From Bacteroidaceae bacterium (GTDB lineage: Bacteria > Bacteroidota > Bacteroidia > Bacteroidales > Bacteroidaceae), in NCBI GenBank assembly GCA_017534815.1, contig JAFXVS010000018.1, positions 27,768 to 91,767 of the forward strand: DNA of 64,000 bases, given 5' to 3'. The translations under genes and the position numbers were made by a program. A model generated the notes under the pieces. The model had not been told where the DNA came from. It saw only the letters and a list, made by a program, of their open reading frames with translations, and did no database searches. Every line of letters begins with the position of its first letter. Position 1 is the stretch's first letter. Positions 35,333 to 44,399 of the stretch are shown here, one piece after another.

Positions 35333-35340
35333 CAAAGGTA
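35333..35340 (-). promoter_or_regulatory. -7 box TACCTTTG (minus strand)
   Basis: Plus-strand caaaggta, 17 nt upstream of ATG 35316. Confidence 0.5.
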
Positions 35341-35393
35341 CGAAGAATTATGAAAAAATGAAAGAATGGGAGAATGAAAAGTGAAAAAATTCG

Positions 35394-35401
35394 TACCTTT
35401 G
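35394..35401 (+). promoter_or_regulatory. -7 box TACCTTTG
   Basis: 24 nt upstream of GTG 35425. Confidence 0.5.
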
Positions 35402-35424
35402 CAAAAAATTAGCAGTTCTCATAC

Positions 35425-37716
35425 GTGAAGACCCTTCTTACATATATTTTTATTATAGGGGCACTGTGCATGACAATCTCGTGTTCAGTGGACAAATATA
35501 TTCCAGAGGGTGAGCACATGCTGACAGGGGTGGCGGTGACTTGCGACAATGAGGAGGTGATGAAGACCTACATGTTGGCAGACTACAACACGCTGCAAAC
35601 GAACTCGAAGTGGTTTGGCGCAAAGGTGCCACTGAAAATATACATGCTCTCGGGCACAGACACGACCAAGCGTTCATGCCTGTTCTGGAGGAGATTGGGC
35701 GAGGCTCCCGTGCTCTACGACAGCGTGAAGGCCAGTCGGATGATGGATGACATCGAGAAGGTACTTAACAATGCAGGCTACATGAAGGCGGAAGTGGAGG
35801 AGTTCAAGATGGTGAAGGGCAAGAAGATGAAAGTACTTTACAATGTCCATCCAAATGAACGCTACACTATGCGCAACATTGAGCGCATCGTAGAGGACGA
35901 AGGGTTGGAAGAGTTTATCATGGTGGAAGACACAGCTCAGTCGCTGCTGAAGCCAGGACTTCCATTCGAGGTTACCGCCTTAAACGGAGAGAGGAACAGG
36001 ATCGCTTCCCATTTGAGAAACAATGGTTACTACAAGTTCACAAAAGAAGACATCAGATTCAGCGCCGACACCGCCAAGAACTCAACAGAGGTGGATGTAC
36101 TGATGCGTGTCAAACTACAACAGGACAATGGCCGTACGGAGGCCACAGAACATAAGCAATACACCATCGGCTCTGTCCGTTTTCTAGCAGACATCGTCAA
36201 TCAGAACGAGCCCATCGACAGCATCCACTACAAGGGTTACGACTTTCTGCATCAGGACAATCTGCACTTCCGTAAACGAATGCTCATCAGCCATTCGATG
36301 GTTAAGCCCGGCGAGCTCTACAACGACAGCTACTTCCGCCGCACCTACACCAACTACACACGCTTGGGAGCCATCTCGTTCTCCAACATCAACCTGACGG
36401 AACGTCCAGGTACAGACACCCTCGACTGCAACATTTTGGTTAATCACGCCAAACCTCACTCCTTCGGCTTCGATGTCGAGGCGACCAACTCAGCTGGCGA
36501 CTTGGGAGCAGCCCTTTCTACATCCTATCAGAACAAGAACCTCTTCCGAGGCTCCGAATCTTTCATGTTCAAGATCCGTGGAGCATACGAAGCCATCACT
36601 GGGCTGGAAGGCTATGAAGGCAGTAACTATGTCGAGGTTGGCGCCGAGTCCACTCTGGGTTTCCCTATCTTCCTGTTCCCTTATGTTAAACGCGAATGGG
36701 GAACAGAACACAACGCATCCTCCGAGATAGCATTGCAATACAATCTGCAGAACCGTCCAGAGTTCCAACGCAGAGTCCTCTCCGCTGCATGGCGATACCG
36801 CTGGACAAGCAAGAACCAGCACGTACAGAACCGTTTTGACCTCTTGGAAGTGAACTACGTCTATATGCCCTGGATATCGAAGACCTTCAAGGAGCAATAT
36901 CTCGACTCCCTCGGCAAGACCAACGCTATCCTGAAATATAATTACGAGAATCTGCTCATCACCAAGACGGGTTATACATACACCTATAATTCTCTCGGAG
37001 CACGCGAACAGACTTATGGAAAGAATGCATACACCATCCGCTTCAACATCGAGACCTCCGGCAACTTGCTCAGCCTCGCCACACACATGGTGAACGGCAA
37101 AAAGAACGGCGACGGCCAATACACCTTCTGCGGCATCGCCTTTGCCCAATATGTACGTGGTGACTTGGATTTCTCCAAGAGCATACGCATCGACAAGAAT
37201 AACTCCGTCGCTCTGCATGGAGCCGTCGGCATCGCCTATCCTTATGGAAACTCCAACCAGTTGCCCTTTGAGAAGCGCTACTTCTCAGGCGGTGCCAACA
37301 GCGTTCGCGGATGGTCTGTCCGTTCGCTCGGCCCCGGCACCTACAACGGCAAAGACAAAGGAATCAACTTTCTCAACCAGTCGGGAGACCTCAAGCTCGA
37401 CCTCAATCTGGAGTATCGCGCCCAACTTTTCTGGAAATTCAGCGGCGCGGCCTTCGTCGATGCCGGTAACATTTGGACTATCCGTGCTTACAAAGACCAA
37501 CCTGGCGGTGAATTCCATTTCGGCACCTTCTGGAAGCAGATTGCGCTGGCCTACGGCATTGGCCTACGCATGGATGCCAACTTCTTTATCGTCCGCTTCG
37601 ATGCAGGCATGAAAGCCATCGACCCTGCCTTTACAGGTCGTGCCCACTACCCCATTCTCCACCATGACCTCAACCGCGACTTTGCCTTCCATTTCGCCGT
37701 CGGTCTTCCATTCTAA
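35425..37716 (+). CDS. BamA/TamA-family outer-membrane protein (surface antigen D15-like)
   Basis: 763 aa. POTRA-like N-region and a C-terminal beta-barrel ending ..FAFHFAVGLPF (aromatic terminus). GTG start, so the start is uncertain. Confidence 0.75.
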   Translation: MKTLLTYIFIIGALCMTISCSVDKYIPEGEHMLTGVAVTCDNEEVMKTYMLADYNTLQTNSKWFGAKVPLKIYMLSGTDTTKRSCLFWRRLGEAPVLYDSVKASRMMDDIEKVLNNAGYMKAEVEEFKMVKGKKMKVLYNVHPNERYTMRNIERIVEDEGLEEFIMVEDTAQSLLKPGLPFEVTALNGERNRIASHLRNNGYYKFTKEDIRFSADTAKNSTEVDVLMRVKLQQDNGRTEATEHKQYTIGSVRFLADIVNQNEPIDSIHYKGYDFLHQDNLHFRKRMLISHSMVKPGELYNDSYFRRTYTNYTRLGAISFSNINLTERPGTDTLDCNILVNHAKPHSFGFDVEATNSAGDLGAALSTSYQNKNLFRGSESFMFKIRGAYEAITGLEGYEGSNYVEVGAESTLGFPIFLFPYVKREWGTEHNASSEIALQYNLQNRPEFQRRVLSAAWRYRWTSKNQHVQNRFDLLEVNYVYMPWISKTFKEQYLDSLGKTNAILKYNYENLLITKTGYTYTYNSLGAREQTYGKNAYTIRFNIETSGNLLSLATHMVNGKKNGDGQYTFCGIAFAQYVRGDLDFSKSIRIDKNNSVALHGAVGIAYPYGNSNQLPFEKRYFSGGANSVRGWSVRSLGPGTYNGKDKGINFLNQSGDLKLDLNLEYRAQLFWKFSGAAFVDAGNIWTIRAYKDQPGGEFHFGTFWKQIALAYGIGLRMDANFFIVRFDAGMKAIDPAFTGRAHYPILHHDLNRDFAFHFAVGLPF

Positions 37717-37722
37717 AAACAA

Positions 37723-38640
37723 TTATTTCATTTTGGCATTTTTCTCCAACGTCCAGTTTTCACGCTGCAGAATGCCTGGGTTGTCGCCCACGAACATCTT
37801 TGAAGCCTCCTTGTTTCCTTTAAGCTGCCAGTCAAGCCATGCACGGGCAACGATGGCAAACTCACCGCCATGAGGCTGGTTGTAAGTTCCTCCATGTCCA
37901 ACGGGAAGATTTGCAGCAAGAGCAGGCACGTGAGAGATACGCTTAAAATCATCCATACCATTGGCATAAGCGATGTCGGAGTCCCCGCCAAGCATATACA
38001 TGATGGGGCAATGAATGTCCTGAAGTTTCTCCTTCGGCACGCTTGGCATACCGCCCATAGGAGAGTTGCCGCCACCGTTGAAGAGACCGCTGTTGCAGAT
38101 CAAGATGGAGGTGACGCGTTTGTCGAAGCAGTTGAAGAGCGCCTGCAAACCACCACAAGACATACCAGAAATACAGATGTTTTTCGTATCAATCTTCTGA
38201 TAGTAAGGGCTGTTCTTGTCAGCATTCTGAGCAAAAGCCCAGTCCATCGACTCTACTTGCTGTTCGGAGCGAGACTGGCTACCCATGCCGCCACCCATGC
38301 CACGAGGAGCGTCCTGTGCTGGCATGACACCAGTGGCGAGAACGAGGTAGCCATATGAAGCGATGTCGTTGAGGAACTTCTCATGCCCGCGAGGTGAGTT
38401 GGCACATCCGCCATTGCCCCAAACGAGCACTGGCAGCGGATTCTTGGCGTCGAACTTTGACAAGTCTTTGGGGGCAAACACAGTATGTTCTGCAAATCCT
38501 TCGACTTCGTACATGACTGCCTTGTAAGGGCCTGTACCACCCTCTTCAAGTTCAGTACTGTTAGTTTGCGCGTAAAGCGTAGCTGACTTCATCGTGAAGA
38601 CAAGCATCAAGGCAAGAATAAGTTTAGTTTTCATAATCAC
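37723..38640 (-). CDS. Secreted alpha/beta hydrolase
   Basis: Signal peptide. ..LVWGNGGC.., nucleophile elbow ISGMSCGG, ..GGDSDIA.., ..PVGHGGT.. Confidence 0.7.
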   Translation of the reverse strand: MIMKTKLILALMLVFTMKSATLYAQTNSTELEEGGTGPYKAVMYEVEGFAEHTVFAPKDLSKFDAKNPLPVLVWGNGGCANSPRGHEKFLNDIASYGYLVLATGVMPAQDAPRGMGGGMGSQSRSEQQVESMDWAFAQNADKNSPYYQKIDTKNICISGMSCGGLQALFNCFDKRVTSILICNSGLFNGGGNSPMGGMPSVPKEKLQDIHCPIMYMLGGDSDIAYANGMDDFKRISHVPALAANLPVGHGGTYNQPHGGEFAIVARAWLDWQLKGNKEASKMFVGDNPGILQRENWTLEKNAKMK

Positions 38641-38677
38641 ATTGTTTTAGGTATTGATAATAAATGTTACACAGCTG

Positions 38678-38685
38678 CAAAGGTA
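38678..38685 (-). promoter_or_regulatory. -7 box TACCTTTG (minus strand)
   Basis: Plus-strand caaaggta, 38 nt upstream of ATG 38640. Confidence 0.45.
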
Positions 38686-38738
38686 ATACTTTTTTGCAAT
38701 ATTAACAGCATCCATTTGCAAGATAATTGAAAATGTGT

Positions 38739-38746
38739 TACCTTTG
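38739..38746 (+). promoter_or_regulatory. -7 box TACCTTTG
   Basis: 19 nt upstream of ATG 38765. Overlaps the track GTG 38735 start, which I therefore reject. Confidence 0.5.
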
Positions 38747-38764
38747 CAACGATTTTCAACGAAT

Positions 38765-39862
38765 ATGAGAAAACTCTTACACATTATTATATATATAGGA
38801 GCACTATTATACACCCTACCCGCCTCGGCAATGACCGAAGGAGGACAATTTGTGGTGGTACTTGACGCTGGACACGGAGGAAAAGACCCTGGAGCCATAG
38901 GCTCTTCGTCTGCCAATCGTGAGAAGGACATCAATTTGGCCATTGCACTGGAGGTAGGAAGATTATTGAAGGCGAACTGTCCAGACGTGAAACTTATTTA
39001 CACAAGAAGTACAGACGTGTTCATTGAGTTGGGACGGCGTGCGGAAATCGCGAATAAGGCCAAGGCAGATCTCTTTGTGAGTATCCACACTAATGCCTTG
39101 CCAAAAACGGCACGTAAGGCTACAGGAGTGCAGTCCTACACCCTCACCCTGCGCACAGCTTCAACAAATCTGGCGGTGGAGAAACGAGAAAATTCGGTCA
39201 TCGCCCTCGAAGGTGAGGCCGCCAAGAAATACAACTACAACCCTTCGCCCGAAAGCAACATCATGTTCGAATTGATGCAAGATCATGACATGAAGGAAAG
39301 CGTGAACTTCGCCAAATTGGTACAAAACGAGATGGTGCATACAGGAGGAAGAAATGATATGGGTGTACTGCAGGCGAACCTTGCTGTGCTACGTCTCACC
39401 TATATGCCGAGCGTACTACTTGAGGTGGGTTATATCTCCACCCCTTCGGAAGAGAAATTCTTAATGTCTGCTGAAGGTCGCCAGACGATGGCCAAAAGTA
39501 TTTATAACGCCATCGCGAAATATAAAGCACAGCGAACGGGCAAGGATTCGAAGTTAGAAAAACCAACAGTCACTCCACCACAGACGGCAAACGACACTCA
39601 ACCAACAACGGAAGCCACACCTGCTGTTGTGGCATCTGATGGAACCACAAAGATCGTGTATAAGGTGCAAATTTTCTCGCTCAGTTCGCAACTGAAAAGC
39701 AACGACAAGCGATTCAAGGGATTGCAATGTGAGATGCATGAAAAAGATGGAAGATACACATACACTTATGGTTCTGCCACTACGATGGAAGACGCCCAGA
39801 AACTGCGTAAGTCCATTCTCGATAAATTCCCTCAGGCATTCATCGTGACATTTGAGGAGTAG
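38765..39862 (+). CDS. N-acetylmuramoyl-L-alanine amidase (Amidase_3) with C-terminal SPOR domain
   Basis: ..VVVLDAGHGGKDPGA.., ..REKDINLAIAL.., ..LFVSIHTNA.. The C-terminal ..YKVQIFSLSS....YTYTYGSATTMEDAQKLR... looks SPOR-like. Confidence 0.85.
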   Translation: MRKLLHIIIYIGALLYTLPASAMTEGGQFVVVLDAGHGGKDPGAIGSSSANREKDINLAIALEVGRLLKANCPDVKLIYTRSTDVFIELGRRAEIANKAKADLFVSIHTNALPKTARKATGVQSYTLTLRTASTNLAVEKRENSVIALEGEAAKKYNYNPSPESNIMFELMQDHDMKESVNFAKLVQNEMVHTGGRNDMGVLQANLAVLRLTYMPSVLLEVGYISTPSEEKFLMSAEGRQTMAKSIYNAIAKYKAQRTGKDSKLEKPTVTPPQTANDTQPTTEATPAVVASDGTTKIVYKVQIFSLSSQLKSNDKRFKGLQCEMHEKDGRYTYTYGSATTMEDAQKLRKSILDKFPQAFIVTFEE

Positions 39863-39947
39863 TTGAAAGGTAAGAGGCTTGTAGAAATTAGAGATAAGAG
39901 GTCCGTCAATAGAAGTTAGAGATTTTAAATAGACAAAACAACAAGAT

Positions 39948-40847
39948 ATGAAAATCAGTAAAGAAATAAAAATCGCTTTGGTGGCAGTACTTTCCGCCAT
40001 CATCGTTTATGTAGGCATCATCTTCCTTAAGGGGCTCAAGCTCTTCAACGATGAAGTGTCTTATTTTGTGGAGATAGCTGACGTGCAGGGTATGCCAACA
40101 GCATCTGACGTACGTGCCAACGGACTGAAGGTGGGCACAGTGAAAGCCATCAACTTCAATCCTGCTCGTCAGAACTTGACAGTCGAAATCACCATTGACC
40201 CAACATTCAAGATACCACAAGGCACCAGTGTCTATATGACTAAAGAGATGTTAGGCAGTGCCATGATGAATTTGAAATTGGGACCCAACCCTACAGCATT
40301 CCTTCAGCCAGGCGATACCATCCAAGGCACTCCGTTGGTAGACCTGATGACAGAAGCTGGCAATATGCTGCCACAAGTGGAGGCCCTCTTACCCAAGATG
40401 GATTCCATCCTGACAGCCCTGAACACGCTGACCAATGACCCGGCCATAGCCTCCTCGCTTCACAACATGGAAGCCGTTTCTGCCGATCTCCGTGTGACCA
40501 CCACACGTCTGAACGGACTGCTCGGACATGATGTGCCACAACTCATGGCAAAAACCAACAACATCTGCTCTAATCTGGAAACCACCACAAGCAATCTAAA
40601 TCAGATTGACATGATTGGAATGGCACAGAAAGCTGACGCAACCATGACGGGTGTGCAGGAGATGACATTCAAGATGAACACAGCCATGAACAGTAAAGAC
40701 AATTCGTTGGGTATGCTGATGAATGATAACTCTATTGCATTGCATATTGACTCCACCATGCAGAACTCATCACGTCTGCTTGAGGACTTCAGATTGCACC
40801 CAAAACGCTACGTTCATTTCTCTCTTTTCGGAAAAAAAGACAAATAA
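39948..40847 (+). CDS. MlaD/MCE-domain protein
   Basis: N-terminal TM (IKIALVAVLSAIIVYVGIIFL), then an MCE-like beta domain (..GLKVGTVKAINF..). Confidence 0.75.
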   Translation: MKISKEIKIALVAVLSAIIVYVGIIFLKGLKLFNDEVSYFVEIADVQGMPTASDVRANGLKVGTVKAINFNPARQNLTVEITIDPTFKIPQGTSVYMTKEMLGSAMMNLKLGPNPTAFLQPGDTIQGTPLVDLMTEAGNMLPQVEALLPKMDSILTALNTLTNDPAIASSLHNMEAVSADLRVTTTRLNGLLGHDVPQLMAKTNNICSNLETTTSNLNQIDMIGMAQKADATMTGVQEMTFKMNTAMNSKDNSLGMLMNDNSIALHIDSTMQNSSRLLEDFRLHPKRYVHFSLFGKKDK

Positions 40848-40871
40848 CGGGACAGTCAAAAAAAGATGGAA

Positions 40872-40910
40872 GAAGGATGTTATTTGAATTTCGTTCAAAC
40901 AACATCCTTC
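40872..40910 (+). terminator. Hairpin terminator after mlaD-like gene
   Basis: gaaggatgtt(a)tttgaa / ttcaaa(c)aacatccttc, followed by ttt. Confidence 0.55.
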
Positions 40911-41215
40911 TTTGTAAAGTGCTTTTCCGAAAGGAGTGAAAGACTATCAAAAACAAATAATTAAGCAACATAAAAAAACATTTATCGTCAATTGTTTCAT
41001 GTGTGAAACAAATACATAAAAGTCTAATTATCAAGCTACAAGAAAATAACAATATAAATCAAGAGCGCAGACAACTTGACAAACGTAAATGGCTGAAATG
41101 AAGCACTTTTTAGTTTGTCCTTGAAAACGACTCAAAAAACAAATTTTGCCATATCAAAAAAAATGGCGAACTTTGCATTCGAAAATCAAAACATGAGAAT
41201 TACCAAAACGCTAAA

Positions 41216-42640
41216 ATGGTAGAAACAGAACAAAATCCAAAAGTTCTTTGGGGTCGATGCCTCGAGATTATTCGAGATAACATCACCCCTGAACAATTCG
41301 CGGCCTCGTTTGCCTTCGTCGAGCTGAATAGTCTCGAAGACGGTAAGCTGGTACTCGATGTACCCAGCGAGTTCGTCAAGGAATATTTGGAGGAGCACTT
41401 CTTGAATCTCATGGCTTCTACCTTCAAGCGTGTGTTTGGCAAGAGCGTCACCTCTTTATTTTATAATGTGAAACTGGTCAAGAACAGGAAAGGTGGTGAC
41501 ATCGTGGAGAAAGGAACAATGCCGATTAAGGTGATCAGTGGTCCGACTCGTAAAGATGCACGCAAAGCGCCAGATGTTGTGACCGCTCCTCAGGTGCAGG
41601 ATCTCGATTCTCAGTTGATACCCGACTACAATTTCGCAAACTATATCGAAGGTGAAAGCAATCGTCTGGCACGTTCTGTGGGCGAATCTATTGCTAACAA
41701 TCCTGCCAAGACATTCAATCCCCTCTTCGTCTATGGTCCTTCTGGCTGCGGCAAGACACACCTCATCAATGCCATTGGCCTGCGCATCAAGGAGCTGCAC
41801 CCAGAATTGCGTGTGCTCTACCTGTCCGCTCACCTCTTCACCGTACAATACACAGATGCTGTCGTACAAAACAAACTGAACGACTTCATCCGCTTCTACC
41901 AAAGCATTGACGTGCTGATTCTTGATGATGTGCAGGAACTCGCTGGCAAGACAAAGGCCAAGACCCAGAACACTTTCTTCTACATCTTCAACCATCTGCA
42001 CATCAACGGCAAGCAGATCATCCTTTCTGCCGACCGTCCTCCTATTGCCATCCAGGACTTGGAAGACCGACTTCTCACCCGTTTCAAGTGGGGCATGCAG
42101 GCAGAGATAGAGAAGCCTACGCAAAGTCTGCGTTTTGACATCTTGTCTGCCAAGGTGGAGAAGGAAGGTTTGAAAATTCCAACCAACGTGCTCAAGTTCA
42201 TCTCTGAGAACATTGATGAGAGCGTGCGTGACCTCGAGGGCATCATCAACTCGCTCATGGTCAACTCTGTAGTGTACAACTGCGACATCAACATGACCTT
42301 GGTACGGAAACTCATGCCGCAGTTCGTCGAGAAGCACAGAAAGAAGGAACTCACCGTCGAGGATGTGAAGCAAACCGTTTGCGAGCACTTCAACTTGAAG
42401 GTCAGCCAAATTGACTCACGTTCACGCACCCTACGAGTCGCTCATGCACGTCAACTGGCCATGTATCTGGCCGAACGACTGACCGACAAATCCCACATGC
42501 AGATTGGTCATATCATTGGCAATCGCAATCACGCCACAGTGGTTCACGCCTTGAAGCAAATCTCCGACATGATCAAGACAGATGATGAGGTGCGTGAGGA
42601 AGTGGAAGAACTGACAATGAAAATTAAAGCATTACAATAG
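41216..42640 (+). CDS. dnaA: Chromosomal replication initiator protein DnaA
   Basis: ..LFVYGPSGCGKTHL.. Walker A, ..VLILDDVQ.. Walker B, and the C-terminal DNA-binding ..RVAHARQLAMYL...IG..IGNRNHATVVHA.. Confidence 0.95.
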   Translation: MVETEQNPKVLWGRCLEIIRDNITPEQFAASFAFVELNSLEDGKLVLDVPSEFVKEYLEEHFLNLMASTFKRVFGKSVTSLFYNVKLVKNRKGGDIVEKGTMPIKVISGPTRKDARKAPDVVTAPQVQDLDSQLIPDYNFANYIEGESNRLARSVGESIANNPAKTFNPLFVYGPSGCGKTHLINAIGLRIKELHPELRVLYLSAHLFTVQYTDAVVQNKLNDFIRFYQSIDVLILDDVQELAGKTKAKTQNTFFYIFNHLHINGKQIILSADRPPIAIQDLEDRLLTRFKWGMQAEIEKPTQSLRFDILSAKVEKEGLKIPTNVLKFISENIDESVRDLEGIINSLMVNSVVYNCDINMTLVRKLMPQFVEKHRKKELTVEDVKQTVCEHFNLKVSQIDSRSRTLRVAHARQLAMYLAERLTDKSHMQIGHIIGNRNHATVVHALKQISDMIKTDDEVREEVEELTMKIKALQ

Positions 42641-42697
42641 GTTTAAAGTAATAAAGAATCCATACTAACCAATTCCTATAGATAACTTATGTTTAAT

Positions 42698-42740
42698 GGG
42701 AGGAGAGGGCTCGTGGTGAGTCCTCTCCTTTACTTTTTGT
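42698..42740 (+). terminator. Hairpin + T-run terminator after dnaA
   Basis: aggagagg (42701-42708) / cctctcct (42722-42729), then tactttttgt. Confidence 0.6.
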
Positions 42741-42787
42741 GTTCCATCAGGATGTTTGAAAATGTGTTTTTGGGGCAGCCAAATATT

Positions 42788-42847
42788 CCAAGTTAACTAA
42801 GAACAATAATCTAAGTTAACTAAGAGCACCATTCTAAGTTAACTAAG
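42788..42847. repeat. Three copies of YYAAGTTAACTAAG (palindromic core AGTTAACT) at exact 23-bp spacing
   Basis: AAGTTAACTAAG at 42790-42801, 42813-42824 and 42836-42847. Confidence 0.85.
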
Positions 42848-42851
42848 ATTT

Positions 42852-43598
42852 TTAGACCATGTTAAGGAACCCCTGGTTCTTCAATGTCTGCAGCATTCCT
42901 TCCGACATCGCCACATTGTCCTTGCGGGTGTAGCGGCAATCGGTGAAGACCTGCGCGAGATTCTCCTTCTTGTTGATTTCGACGAACTTCTGGTTCTCCT
43001 CCAACTGTTCCTTGAAGTAATAGATGATGTCCAGCTGGTTCGGTGTGTAGTCGTGATAAGTCTCTTCGTGGATATACGCCAGATGTGGCAAGCGGTCGGG
43101 CTGTTCAGGGCACTCGTCAGGAACCCCTACCGTAATGGTGGCAATGGGGAACGTCAGTTTGGGCAGTTTCAGCAGGTCGATGATACCCTGCGGATTGTAG
43201 AGCGTCGTACCCAGGTAGCAAGTGCCATAGCCCGCTTCCTCCGCCAAGGTGCAGAATGCCTGTACATATAATAATGTGTCGCTGGCTGCATTCATGAACG
43301 ACAGCAGGTTGTCATAGCCCGCATCGGCATTTCGCTGTTCGCACCATTTTGTGAAACGGTTGAAGTCTGCACAGAACGTGAGCACCACAGGAGCGCCCTT
43401 CACCATCGGCTGACCGAAATGCAGCGGAGAGAGCTTCTCCTTCATCTCCTCCGAACGAGTCACCACCACGCTGTACAGTTGCATGTTGCCCATTGTGGCA
43501 GCTCTTGATGCCTGGAACAGGAGCATGTCAATCTTCTCCTGCGGAATGTCCTCCTGCTTATACTTGCGGATGGTGCGTCTATTGATAAATGATTCCAT
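42852..43598 (-). CDS. Nitroreductase-family NAD(P)H oxidoreductase
   Basis: ..INRRTIRKYKQEDIP...RAATMGNMQLYSVVV.. ATG 43598 (MESFINRR) preferred over the track TTG 43610. Confidence 0.8.
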   Translation of the reverse strand: MESFINRRTIRKYKQEDIPQEKIDMLLFQASRAATMGNMQLYSVVVTRSEEMKEKLSPLHFGQPMVKGAPVVLTFCADFNRFTKWCEQRNADAGYDNLLSFMNAASDTLLYVQAFCTLAEEAGYGTCYLGTTLYNPQGIIDLLKLPKLTFPIATITVGVPDECPEQPDRLPHLAYIHEETYHDYTPNQLDIIYYFKEQLEENQKFVEINKKENLAQVFTDCRYTRKDNVAMSEGMLQTLKNQGFLNMV

Positions 43599-43636
43599 AA
43601 AAGTGTACAATTTAACGGTTTATGATTTCAATTATG

Positions 43637-43644
43637 CAAAGATA
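43637..43644 (-). promoter_or_regulatory. -7 box TATCTTTG (minus strand)
   Basis: Plus-strand caaagata, 39 nt upstream of ATG 43598. Confidence 0.45.
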
Positions 43645-43688
43645 AGCATTTCCTGCCACATTTATTTTGTCATGTCGCAAAATCCTTG

Positions 43689-43696
43689 TATTTTTG
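43689..43696 (+). promoter_or_regulatory. -7 box TATTTTTG
   Basis: 35 nt upstream of ATG 43731. Overlaps the longer track ORF start 43686. Confidence 0.4.
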
Positions 43697-43730
43697 CCTC
43701 TACTTTACAATTATTGCAACAAAAACAAAC

Positions 43731-44399
43731 ATGTCACCAGTACAATCTTTATCTGCAACCATCCTGAACACCATCGCGGAGTTTGGCGACAAGAAGTTGA
43801 AGAAGGCCTTGAAAGCCACCGACCCCGCACTTGGAGTGAACAAGGAGCGCGAAGAGTTGATGACTCTGCTCGACAACGAAATCTATTCCTTCCGTCCACA
43901 GTTCGAGATTACTGAGAAACGCCCCATCAGCCTGGAGTGCGATGTGGTCAAATTTCAAAACAAGAAAGAGAAGTGGGTTGCATTTGTCGGACTCCTCGAC
44001 GGCTATCCCTATGAGATCTTCACCGGCGTGCTCGACGACGAGGACGGCATCGCCCTGCCCAAGACCGTGACCAAGGGACACATCATCAAGCACATCGACC
44101 CGGACGGCAGCAAGCGCTACGACTTCACATTCGTCAACCGGCGCGGCTACAAGACCACCATCGAGGGACTGTCCGAACGCTTCAACAAGGAGTACTGGAA
44201 CTACGCCAAGCTCATCAGTGGCGTGTTGCGCTACAGGATGCCACTGACCAATGTCATCAAGCTGGTCAGTTCTCTGCAACTGGAGAACGAGAACATCAAC
44301 ACGTGGACAAACGGAGTGGCACGTGCCCTGAAGAAGTACACGACGGACGGAGACGACCTCGCCGACGACTTCAAGGATGACTCCAAGTCTGCAGAATAA
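43731..44399 (+). CDS. Stand-alone protein resembling the C-terminal region of class II (B12-dependent, NrdJ) ribonucleotide reductase
   Basis: ..RPISLECDVVKFQNKKEKWVAFVGLLDGYPYEIFTG...YWNYAKLISGVLRYRMPLTNVIKLV....WTNGVARALKKY recalls the NrdJ tail (RP..L.CD...KW...VGL..G.PYE.F.G ... LRHG.P ... AR.LKKY). Recollection only. Confidence 0.5.
   Translation: MSPVQSLSATILNTIAEFGDKKLKKALKATDPALGVNKEREELMTLLDNEIYSFRPQFEITEKRPISLECDVVKFQNKKEKWVAFVGLLDGYPYEIFTGVLDDEDGIALPKTVTKGHIIKHIDPDGSKRYDFTFVNRRGYKTTIEGLSERFNKEYWNYAKLISGVLRYRMPLTNVIKLVSSLQLENENINTWTNGVARALKKYTTDGDDLADDFKDDSKSAE

Noticed and set aside
40789-41052. 87-aa minus-strand ORF in the dnaA upstream region; also 41186-41451 and 41456-42409 minus-strand ORFs
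   Set aside because: They lie in an AT-rich non-coding region or antisense to dnaA, have hydrophobic junk-like composition, and lack a promoter box.
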